NCBI GenBank assembly: GCA_036338595.1
Contig: JAYZBV010000113.1
Span: 32,001-96,000, forward strand
Direction: 5' to 3'
DNA length: 64,000 bases
From: Planctomycetota bacterium
Lineage (GTDB): Bacteria; Planctomycetota; UBA8108; UBA1146
A program made the translations under genes and the position numbers. Positions 37,676 to 46,295 of this stretch are shown one piece after another. The notes under the pieces were generated by a model that did not search any database, was not told the DNA's origin, and worked only from the letters and a program-made list of their open reading frames with translations. Position 1 is the stretch's first letter, and each line of letters starts with the position of its first letter.

Positions 37676-39409
37676 TTGCGCCAATTCAGGCAACAGATCG
37701 GTGACAGGGTCGCATCCATCCTGGATCTGACGAGCACCGATCTGGCAGACTCCATGACCGATCCACCATCACAGGATCTGGGAGACCTATCTCTTCCGTG
37801 CTTTCAACTCGCCAAGCAGTTGAAAAAATCTCCCCCTGAGATTGCTACACAACTGGCCCAGGCGACATGGGATCTTCCCTGGTTGCAATCCGTGGACACC
37901 GCGGGGCCGTATCTGAATTTCAGGGTGAATCGTTCCGAGTTCGCACGATTGGCCATCGAACGAGTGTTGAAAGCGGGAGAAGGGTGGGGAAGCGGGGATA
38001 GTGGCGAGGACCAGACTGTCATCGTTGAGTACTCATCTCCCAACATTGCCAAGCAACTAGCAGTGCACCACCTTCGTTCGACGATGCTGGGTCAGGCGAT
38101 GGCAAATTTGCTACGTTGCGCCGGCCACACCGTCATCAGCTGGAATCACCTTGGTGATTGGGGCACGGGGTTCGGGATGTTGCTGGCGGCATGGGAAAAA
38201 TACAGGTCAACAGATGATCTTGATTCTCCACCGCTCGAGGAGCGTGAAGACCCGGTTGCCGATCTGAATCAACACTATGTCAGCTTCCATCAGGCCTGCA
38301 AGGAGGAGGAGGGGCTGGACGCGACTGCGAGAGAATGGTTTCGAAAGCTGGAAGCTGGAGATCCGCTCGCAGTTTCTCGTTGGAAACGTATTCGGGCCGT
38401 GTCACTCCACAAGTTCGATTCCATCTATGAACGCCTCGGAGTCCGTTTCGACGAGACGATCGGAGAATCTCACTACGAGCAGGGAATGGAATCGGTGATC
38501 TCTCAGCTGCAGGAGAAGGGACTGCTCGTGGAAAGTGACGGGGCAGAGGTGGTTCATGTGACGGACCAGATGCCCCCGATGCTCATCCGCAAGAATGACG
38601 GAGCCACTCTGTACGGTACGCGGGACCTCGCCAGTGCCATGGAACGGCACCGGTTGTACCCATTCGACCGCTGCCTCTATGTCGTCGATGCGGGACAGGG
38701 TCTCCATTTCAAACAGGTATTCGGGGTCCTGAAATTGCTCGGCAATGAGTGGGCAAGCCATCTCGAGCATGCTGAGTTCGGCGTGATGCGACTCAAGGTC
38801 GATGGTGGCTGGAAGAAGGGCAAGACTCGCGGAGGTCAGGTCGTGCTTCTCGAGGAAGTTCTCGATCAGGCGGTTCAACTCGCCACGACCACTGTGCGGG
38901 AAAAGAATCCGGATCTGGATCCTCAGCAGATCGAGGAGATTTCAGAAGCTGTCGGAGTCGGTGCCGTGATCTTCAGTGACATGAAAGCGGCGAGAAGGAA
39001 AGATGTGAACTTCGAGCTGGAAAAAATCCTCGCCTTCGATGGGGAAACAGGCCCATATCTGCAATATACACATGTGCGATTCTGCAGCATTTTGAGAAAA
39101 GCGGCTTCTCAGGATCTCGCTGCTGGTGACGGTCGACTTCTCGAAGAATCTGAAGAACTGGTACTGCTCAAGAGGATACTTCGGTTCCCCGAGGTGGTGG
39201 CCAGAGCCGCTCGTGATGCGGAGCCCTCACATCTGGCGCAGTACCTGCTTGAACTGGCCAGCGACTTCAACACCTATTACGCTCAACATCGGGTGCTGGG
39301 AGATGACTCATCCCTGAGTTCGGATCGGCTGGTACTGGTGGAGGCGTTGAAAAACACTCTGGGCAGGGGTTTGCGACTGCTCTGTATCCAGCCGCTGGAG
39401 CGAATGTAG
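37676..39409 (+). CDS. argS: arginine--tRNA ligase
   Basis: VEYSSPNIAK...HHLRST, NHLGDWG, DGATLY.TRD, KTRGG, GETGPYLQYTHVR, C-terminal LERM. Confidence 0.96.
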   Translation: MRQFRQQIGDRVASILDLTSTDLADSMTDPPSQDLGDLSLPCFQLAKQLKKSPPEIATQLAQATWDLPWLQSVDTAGPYLNFRVNRSEFARLAIERVLKAGEGWGSGDSGEDQTVIVEYSSPNIAKQLAVHHLRSTMLGQAMANLLRCAGHTVISWNHLGDWGTGFGMLLAAWEKYRSTDDLDSPPLEEREDPVADLNQHYVSFHQACKEEEGLDATAREWFRKLEAGDPLAVSRWKRIRAVSLHKFDSIYERLGVRFDETIGESHYEQGMESVISQLQEKGLLVESDGAEVVHVTDQMPPMLIRKNDGATLYGTRDLASAMERHRLYPFDRCLYVVDAGQGLHFKQVFGVLKLLGNEWASHLEHAEFGVMRLKVDGGWKKGKTRGGQVVLLEEVLDQAVQLATTTVREKNPDLDPQQIEEISEAVGVGAVIFSDMKAARRKDVNFELEKILAFDGETGPYLQYTHVRFCSILRKAASQDLAAGDGRLLEESEELVLLKRILRFPEVVARAARDAEPSHLAQYLLELASDFNTYYAQHRVLGDDSSLSSDRLVLVEALKNTLGRGLRLLCIQPLERM

Positions 39410-39415
39410 ATCCGT

Positions 39416-39703
39416 TCAGAGCAATTCCAGCAGTTGCAGGTTGATCCAGGCGAGGCGCCCATAGAGTTGAATCAGGTTCATTCCCTCGTTGATGTTCCAG
39501 ATCCAGTTCCAGCATTCATCCTGCAAGGAGGCCTCATTGGGCTTCTCTGCCTCGATCGACGCAACCAGCTGCCCGAAGCGTTTCAGGACCTGTTCAGGCG
39601 CAGGACGCGTCCCTTCCTGGACGATGCGATCCAGGCATTCTCGCTCCAGTTCGATGGTCTCCCTCATGAACTGGATCAATCTTTCCTCGGTGAGCACTGA
39701 CAA
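39416..39703 (-). CDS. small helical hypothetical protein
   Basis: AAGGAGG RBS before TTG; 95-aa amphipathic helical sequence ending MNLIQLYGRLAWINLQLLELL. Confidence 0.75.
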   Translation of the reverse strand: MSVLTEERLIQFMRETIELERECLDRIVQEGTRPAPEQVLKRFGQLVASIEAEKPNEASLQDECWNWIWNINEGMNLIQLYGRLAWINLQLLELL

Positions 39704-39770
39704 GGGGGCCTCCTTCTGGTCCCCGGTATAGGGAGAGTAGCCCGTCAGGTCAACGGTCACTCCAGTCTTC

Positions 39771-39799
39771 TTGCCTCCCGGGGGCAAGGTTTCTAGGAT
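39771..39799 (+). promoter_or_regulatory. candidate sigma70 promoter for glyQS
   Basis: TTGCCT-N17-TAGGAT. Confidence 0.4.
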
Positions 39800-39848
39800 G
39801 TCCAGGCAAGAAAGCGCAGTGGATCAACACCGAACCGTTGGAGGCCAA

Positions 39849-41477
39849 TTGAGCAACGATGACCTGGGAGTCATGCAAAAGATCGTATCGCTTTGCAAAC
39901 GACGCGGGTTCCTTTTTCAATCCAGCGAGATCTATGGCGGCATGAATGGCTGTTGGGATTACGGGCCACTTGGCGTGGAACTCAAACGCAATGTAAAAGA
40001 TGCCTGGTGGGCAGACATGGTCACTCACCATGATGATAGTTCCACTCCAGATGGCGCTTCCGAGGCGTTCGAGATGACGGGCCTCGACTGTTCAATTCTG
40101 ATGCATCCTCAGGTATGGAAATGTTCCGGCCATCATGATCTTTTCCATGACATGATGATCGACTGCAAGGAATCCAAGCGCAGGTATCGTCACGATCAGG
40201 TGCGTGGTCGATGGGCACTTCGTGGCGATCACCGGATATTCGTAACCGCCGTCTGTGAACCGGAAGAAGAGCAAGAGGTGCTGACCGCCAGGGCTCAGAA
40301 GCATTTTGGATTGCGCGCCAAGGACAGGGACCAGATCAGCTGGGACGGGGATGTTGTTTCGCTTGAGACGGTCTCGGATTTTTCGGAGGTTTTCGGCCCG
40401 GACGCCAAGGAGCCGGGAACCCTCACCGAGCCGCGAGAGTTCAATTTGATGTTCAAGACCCACATGGGTGCACTTTTCGATGAGGACAGCGTCGCTTACC
40501 TGCGCCCCGAGACTGCTCAGGGGATCTTCGTCAATTTCAAGAATGTGGTCGATTCCTCCAGGGTCAGGATTCCTTTTGGAATCGCTCAGATAGGCAAGAG
40601 CTTTCGCAATGAGATCACACCCAGGAATTTCACATTCAGAGTTCGCGAGTTCGAGCAGATGGAGGTCGAGTTCTTCTGCCATCCTGATTCGTCAAAGCAG
40701 TGGTATGGCTACTGGAGAGATCGGCGCATGAAGTGGTATCAGGAACTGGGCCTATCGAGCGATAACCTGATTCTCAGAGAACATGATGACGATGAACTGA
40801 GCCATTACTCCACCGGAACGGCAGACATCGAGTATGCATTCCCGTTCCTGCCGGACGGCGAATTCGGAGAACTCGAGGGAGTGGCTCACAGGGGAGATTT
40901 TGATCTCAGAAGCCACATGGAAGGGAAATTGAATCCCGCCACCAAACCGCTCGAAGTTGAACTCGGTGAAGATGGAAAGCCCGTCCATCGAGGCAGCGGA
41001 AAGGATCTTTCCTATCGCGATCCTGTGACCAACGAGAAGTACATTCCACATGTCATCGAGCCTTCTGCGGGTGCGGATCGAGCGGCACTTGCATTCCTCT
41101 GTGAGGCATATACAGAGGATATGGCTCCCGATGAAAATGGAAAGATGCAGGGCCGAGTGCTACTGAAATTCCATCCTCGTATCGCTCCGATCAAGGCTGC
41201 TGTATTGCCGCTGGTCAAGAAGGACGGCATGCCAGAGTGTGCCCAGGAGATCTATCGAGATCTCAAGCGAGAGCTGCCAGTATTTTATGACAGCAAGGGG
41301 GCCGTTGGCCGTCGATATCGCAGGATGGACGAAGCAGGAACACCCTATTGTCTCACCATCGATGGCCAGACCCTCGATGATGGAACGGTGACACTCAGGG
41401 AACGAGATTCGATGGAACAAACGCGGCTTCCAGTGGCTGAAGCGGCTCAGGCCATCCGGGAAGCGGTGCGATCTTGA
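39849..41477 (+). CDS. glyQS: glycine--tRNA ligase (alpha2 dimeric type)
   Basis: LCKRRGF..SSEIYGG, DYGPLG, FNLMF, LRPETAQGIF, GKSFRNEITP, REFEQME, PHVIEPS.G.DR. Confidence 0.96.
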   Translation: MSNDDLGVMQKIVSLCKRRGFLFQSSEIYGGMNGCWDYGPLGVELKRNVKDAWWADMVTHHDDSSTPDGASEAFEMTGLDCSILMHPQVWKCSGHHDLFHDMMIDCKESKRRYRHDQVRGRWALRGDHRIFVTAVCEPEEEQEVLTARAQKHFGLRAKDRDQISWDGDVVSLETVSDFSEVFGPDAKEPGTLTEPREFNLMFKTHMGALFDEDSVAYLRPETAQGIFVNFKNVVDSSRVRIPFGIAQIGKSFRNEITPRNFTFRVREFEQMEVEFFCHPDSSKQWYGYWRDRRMKWYQELGLSSDNLILREHDDDELSHYSTGTADIEYAFPFLPDGEFGELEGVAHRGDFDLRSHMEGKLNPATKPLEVELGEDGKPVHRGSGKDLSYRDPVTNEKYIPHVIEPSAGADRAALAFLCEAYTEDMAPDENGKMQGRVLLKFHPRIAPIKAAVLPLVKKDGMPECAQEIYRDLKRELPVFYDSKGAVGRRYRRMDEAGTPYCLTIDGQTLDDGTVTLRERDSMEQTRLPVAEAAQAIREAVRS

Positions 41478-42820
41478 TTCCGCTCCTATTTCTTGTTCTC
41501 GCCATGCCCGTCGCAGGTGACCGTGTGCTGGACCAGGCCATTGCTGACAGGGACACGTCTGCAGTGATGGTGAGGATCCAGGAGATTGCTCGTGAGCAGG
41601 GCGTCTCATCGATCTCGGTGCTCGCTTCCGCGGTGGCCCGTGTCGAGGAGGTGGCGGAGGGTCAGTGGCATTACTTTGATCGCCATCGGATTTTCGTGAC
41701 GGCCATCCGGGCCGTGCCATTTGTGCCTGCAGAAGCTGCAGCCAAGGAATTCCAGGCACTCATCCGTAAGAGCAAGAAATGGCCCGCAAGGTTATTTTTA
41801 CTGGAAGCATCTCTGCAGTCAGCCTCGATCGATTCGATCCAGTTGGCGCTGGCCACCATCGATGACAAGGCTCCCCAGGTTGTTGCGGTCGCTGCCAGGA
41901 TTCTTGGACGCAGTCAGGAAATCCTTGCGCTGGATCCTCTCGTACTCGCGATGTCCAGGTGGGAGGACTCCAAAACAGTCGATAAGGCAGTCCATGGAGG
42001 GCGAGAAGAACTGAGTCAGCTGCCTCAAGATCGCACCTGGTTGGCCTGCAGGGATGCTCTGCATCGTCTCACGGGACTTTCTCTTCACGGTTCTGATCAG
42101 TATAGAAACTGGATCGCGACTCACCGCGATGAAATCGACCCGAGCCGTACTGGCGACATCAAACCCAATCAGCCGGTGACGGGAACCGGTTTGTTTGGCC
42201 TGGATATCACGGGTAAGAACATCGTATTTCTTGTCGACATTTCAGGCTCGATGATGGCGACCGATCCACCATCCGAGGAGGCGATAGAGAAAGCTCGAAG
42301 AAGTACAGGAGTTGGTGAAACTGTCGAAGAGAAACTCCGGGAATTGATGGAGCATCGCAGAAGGATCTTGAGGGCACGCACTCAGGTCAGTAGAGCCATT
42401 CAAGGTCTGGGGGAGGACCGGCGGTTCACGGTCATCTCGTACTCGTCTGCCGTGACGGCCTGGAGTGGAGTTCTGCTTCCTGCCACGAAAAAGAATCGAG
42501 CCTCAGCGTCCCGGTTTGTCAGCGATTTCAAGGCCAGTGGAATCACCGTGACCGACGAGGCGCTCCACATGGCACTGACCGATCCAACGGTAGATACGAT
42601 TTACCTGATCACGGATGGAGCACCCACCCATATCGGCAGCCAGGGCAATCAATTGCCCGTGGACTCGCGGCGATTGATGAAACAGATTCTGGAAGAGACC
42701 AGGGCCAGAAACTACCTGCGTGGTATTCGAGTTTTCACGCTCGGTTTCATCGATGCAGAGGAAGAGTTCCTCCAGCAACTGGCGCAGGAAAATCTCGGGA
42801 AATATGTCAGGATTCGCTGA
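41474..42820 (+). CDS. exported HEAT-repeat + VWA domain protein (paralog of 7037..8737)
   Basis: Signal peptide, HEAT-like segment, ALHRLTG, FLVDISGSM, T..DEAL, IYLITDGAP. Confidence 0.82.
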   Translation: MIPLLFLVLAMPVAGDRVLDQAIADRDTSAVMVRIQEIAREQGVSSISVLASAVARVEEVAEGQWHYFDRHRIFVTAIRAVPFVPAEAAAKEFQALIRKSKKWPARLFLLEASLQSASIDSIQLALATIDDKAPQVVAVAARILGRSQEILALDPLVLAMSRWEDSKTVDKAVHGGREELSQLPQDRTWLACRDALHRLTGLSLHGSDQYRNWIATHRDEIDPSRTGDIKPNQPVTGTGLFGLDITGKNIVFLVDISGSMMATDPPSEEAIEKARRSTGVGETVEEKLRELMEHRRRILRARTQVSRAIQGLGEDRRFTVISYSSAVTAWSGVLLPATKKNRASASRFVSDFKASGITVTDEALHMALTDPTVDTIYLITDGAPTHIGSQGNQLPVDSRRLMKQILEETRARNYLRGIRVFTLGFIDAEEEFLQQLAQENLGKYVRIR

Positions 42821-42837
42821 TCCAGAAGGGGAATGAT

Positions 42838-44124
42838 TTGGCCAGGGAAGTAGTGATCGTCGATGGATCCCGCACTCCTTTTGTTCGTGCAGGGGAGGTG
42901 TTCAGGGATGTTCCCGTCGATGAACTGGCTCGCAGTTGCACCCGCGACCTTCTGGACCGCGTTGCCATCGATCCGGGAATTATCGACGAGTTGATCCTGG
43001 GATGCGTGGCACAGCCCCCCGATTGTGCGAACCCGGCCAGAGTTGTCGCCCTTCGCTCCGGACTCCCGCAGAGCACACCTGCGCAGACGGTTGCACGCAA
43101 CTGCGCCAGTGGAATGCAGGCGGTGTCGGATGCCTTTGATCGCATTCGTTCCGGGGCATCCGATACGGTGCTTGCCGGTGGATCCGAGTCGATGAGCAGG
43201 ATCCCGATACTGTTCCCGCTTTCATTCGGCTTCAAACTGGCATCGCTCTCTCGCGCTCGCTCGATCACCGAAAAACTTGCAGGGATCTTTCACTTCCGTC
43301 CCAGAGACCTCAAACCTCGAATCGGGTTGCTGGAAGGTTTGAGGGATCCGTTCAGTGGTGACATGATGGGAGACACGGCCGAACGCCTTGCGCGAGAGTG
43401 GGGGGTCAGTAGAGATGACCAGGATCAGTATGCGCTGGATAGTCATCGCAAGGCAGTCTCGGCACGAGACGCTCTTTCCGAGGAGATCAGCGCCCTGGCG
43501 ATTCCGCCACGGTTCGATGATGTGGTCAGGGAGGATATCGGACCCAGACCCGATGCTAAATTCGAAAAGATGAACCGGATGAAACCCTATTTCGACCGGA
43601 AACTCGGGTCGGTCACCATCGCCAATTCATGTGGAATCACCGATGGAGCATCGATGTTGCTCTTGATGGATTCTGAACGCGCTCATCAACTTGGCCTTTC
43701 GCCCATCGCCAGAATCCTCGGAACCACCTTCGTTGGATGCGATCCGCTACGGATGGGCCTCGGCCCTGTCTTCGCCATCTCGTCCGTCCTTGCCGGTTCT
43801 GGCCTCGAATTGAAGGATCTTGAACTGGTCGAGTTGAATGAAGCGTTTGCGGCTCAGGTGATCGCTTGCCAGCGAGCACTGGCCAGCGACAGTTTCAGCA
43901 GTGAGGCCGGTTTTTCATCGATTCCCGGCGAAATCGATCCTGAGCGCCTGAATGTACAGGGTGGTGCGATCGCACTGGGGCACCCTGTCGGTGCATCCGG
44001 TGCCCGGTTGATCTTCTCACTCGCACGGCAGTTGCAGCGTCGTGGCGGTGGTCATGGTATTGCAACGATGTGCGTCGGAGGTGGGCAAGGTGGGGCGGTG
44101 CTGCTGGAAGGGATCGCCTCATGA
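42838..44124 (+). CDS. acetyl-CoA C-acyltransferase (thiolase, FadI-like)
   Basis: RTPF, NCASG, GGSESMS, NS..ITDGA, ELNEAFA, GGAIALGHPVGASG, MCVGGGQG. Confidence 0.93.
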   Translation: MAREVVIVDGSRTPFVRAGEVFRDVPVDELARSCTRDLLDRVAIDPGIIDELILGCVAQPPDCANPARVVALRSGLPQSTPAQTVARNCASGMQAVSDAFDRIRSGASDTVLAGGSESMSRIPILFPLSFGFKLASLSRARSITEKLAGIFHFRPRDLKPRIGLLEGLRDPFSGDMMGDTAERLAREWGVSRDDQDQYALDSHRKAVSARDALSEEISALAIPPRFDDVVREDIGPRPDAKFEKMNRMKPYFDRKLGSVTIANSCGITDGASMLLLMDSERAHQLGLSPIARILGTTFVGCDPLRMGLGPVFAISSVLAGSGLELKDLELVELNEAFAAQVIACQRALASDSFSSEAGFSSIPGEIDPERLNVQGGAIALGHPVGASGARLIFSLARQLQRRGGGHGIATMCVGGGQGGAVLLEGIAS

Positions 44125-46289
44125 GTCAATGGAAGTTGATCCGCTCATCCGGATGGTCTGCAGCAATACCTGCTCCTGATCCAAAGGGTCGTTGGTTGCA
44201 CCTGGTCATCGATGCAGAGACCAGCGCCAATGTACTGAGCGAGGCGGTGTTGACGGATCTATCCCGGCAGATCGATGACATCGAAAGCCATCAGGGCGTG
44301 GACGCCGTGATCGTGTCCAGCGCCAAGAAAGATCATTTCATCGCCGGTGCAGATGTCAACGCCATAGGATCTGCAACAAATGTTGATCAGGTTGTGGATG
44401 CCTGTCGGAAAGCCCAGGACCTGTTCGGCAGATTGAGTTCTCTTTCCGTTCCGACGATCGCGGTCATCAGAGGAACATGTCTCGGAGGCGGCCTCGAGTT
44501 ATCGTTGGGATGTACGGCTCGCATCGGAGTGTCCGATGCCAGGACCCGCATCGGCTTTCCAGAGGTCAATCTTGGAATCATTCCCGGATTTGGCGGCACT
44601 GTACGCGCGACCAGGTTGCTGGGCCTGCGCGCTGCTCTCGGCTGGATACTGCCGGCCAGCAGGCTTCCCGCCCAGGTGGCCCATCGCAAGGGATTGCTCG
44701 ATGCCACCGTGCCCCCTGAAGGGTTTCGTCAGCTCTCACTACAGTTGATCGAGCAGATGGTCTCCGATGGTTTTCGGACGGTTCGCGCTCGCCGAAAGAA
44801 ACGACGGAAGGGAATCATTTCATTCCTTCTCGATGAGACGACCCTGGGTCGTTCCATCGTTTGCAAGAAGGCGATCAAAACCGTACGTGCTCGTACTCTG
44901 GGACACATGCCCGCTCCTGAGAAGGCCATCGAAGTGGCCAGGCTTTCTGCTCACATGGATGAGCGCCATTGCCTGGAGCAGGAGGCGATCGCCGTATCTC
45001 ATCTGGCCACGGGACCGGTCTGCAGGAATCTGGTATCGATTTTTCAGGATTCCGAGCGGGTCAGGCGCGGCACCGATGGCGACCCCGACGGGCAGTGGCC
45101 AGAGCAGAGAAGCCTCGTGATTCTCGGTGCAGGAGTCATGGGCTCCGGGGTGGCTACACTCGCCATAGAGAAATCCATCCCCGTCAGGCTGCGTGACATC
45201 TCTCTGGAGTCGCTGGATCGAGCTCTGAAGATCATCGGTTCTGCGATAGATCAGAAGAGAAAAAAGCGTCGTATCACCAGGTATCAACAGGCAGAGATTC
45301 TGTCCAGGCTCGGACATGGAAAAGAACTCGACGGTCTGAGTCGTTGTGCGGGAGTACTGGAAGCTGTTGTCGAACGCCTGGATGTGAAACGATCCGTTCT
45401 TGCCGAAGTAGCACCACTGCTCGGTGCTGAGTCGATCTTTGCAACGAATACTTCTGCACTGAGCGTCACGGAGATCCAGGATGGAAGTCCGATCGCCTCC
45501 AGGGTGGTGGGTTTGCACTTTTTCAATCCAGTTCCGAGGATGCCTCTGGTCGAGGTGATTCCTGGACAGCAAACAGCTCCTGAAACGGTCGGGATCGCCC
45601 TGGCACTCGCCAGGAAGCTTGGCAAGTATCCCGTACTCGTGAAGGACTCTCCCGGATTCCTTGTCAACAGACTGCTTCTTCCCTATCTGGATGCAGCTTC
45701 TCGATTATTGCTCGATGGACTCAGCGGGTCCCATATCGATGCTGTCGCTCGAGGACATGGATTACCGATGGGTCCCTTTCGCCTGATGGATGAAGTGGGG
45801 CTCGATATCGGAGTTGAGGTTCAGGAAACCCTCCACGCTTCCTTCGGAGAGAGAGCAGCGGCTTCACCGATGCTACATAAAATGGTCGAGAAGGGCTGGC
45901 TCGGGAAGAAGGCAGGAATCGGATTTTACCTGCACAGGGGCAGTAGTTTGACCTGGAATCACCAGGTCAAATCGATGATCAAGGCGTCTTCTCGAACGAT
46001 GTCGTCCGTCGAGATCATCTCTGCCTTGCTCGACCCGATGGTCGATGAAGCCGCTCGCTGTCTTGAAGAGAAAGTTGTTCAAGACGCTGGGATTCTCGAC
46101 CTGGCGATGGTGATGGGGACGGGATACCCACCTCACCTTGGAGGACCACTTCGTGCGGCGGATGCAGAGGGTTTGCCGGCAATTGAAAAAAGGCTTCGTG
46201 CCGCCCATGAAGCCGGGTCAGCACGAAGCCCCTGTGGTCTTCTCGTGGAACTCGCCAGCAAGGGTGCCGGCTTTCATTCCGTCAAGTAA
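44121..46289 (+). CDS. fadJ: multifunctional enoyl-CoA hydratase / 3-hydroxyacyl-CoA dehydrogenase (FadJ-like)
   Basis: FIAGAD, CLGGGLE, PEVNLGIIPGFGGT, LGAGVMG, EAVVE, ATNTS, GLHFFNPV..MPLVE, PGFLVNR, PMGPF.L.DEVG. Confidence 0.88.
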   Translation: MSQWKLIRSSGWSAAIPAPDPKGRWLHLVIDAETSANVLSEAVLTDLSRQIDDIESHQGVDAVIVSSAKKDHFIAGADVNAIGSATNVDQVVDACRKAQDLFGRLSSLSVPTIAVIRGTCLGGGLELSLGCTARIGVSDARTRIGFPEVNLGIIPGFGGTVRATRLLGLRAALGWILPASRLPAQVAHRKGLLDATVPPEGFRQLSLQLIEQMVSDGFRTVRARRKKRRKGIISFLLDETTLGRSIVCKKAIKTVRARTLGHMPAPEKAIEVARLSAHMDERHCLEQEAIAVSHLATGPVCRNLVSIFQDSERVRRGTDGDPDGQWPEQRSLVILGAGVMGSGVATLAIEKSIPVRLRDISLESLDRALKIIGSAIDQKRKKRRITRYQQAEILSRLGHGKELDGLSRCAGVLEAVVERLDVKRSVLAEVAPLLGAESIFATNTSALSVTEIQDGSPIASRVVGLHFFNPVPRMPLVEVIPGQQTAPETVGIALALARKLGKYPVLVKDSPGFLVNRLLLPYLDAASRLLLDGLSGSHIDAVARGHGLPMGPFRLMDEVGLDIGVEVQETLHASFGERAAASPMLHKMVEKGWLGKKAGIGFYLHRGSSLTWNHQVKSMIKASSRTMSSVEIISALLDPMVDEAARCLEEKVVQDAGILDLAMVMGTGYPPHLGGPLRAADAEGLPAIEKRLRAAHEAGSARSPCGLLVELASKGAGFHSVK

Positions 46290-46295
46290 GGGTGA

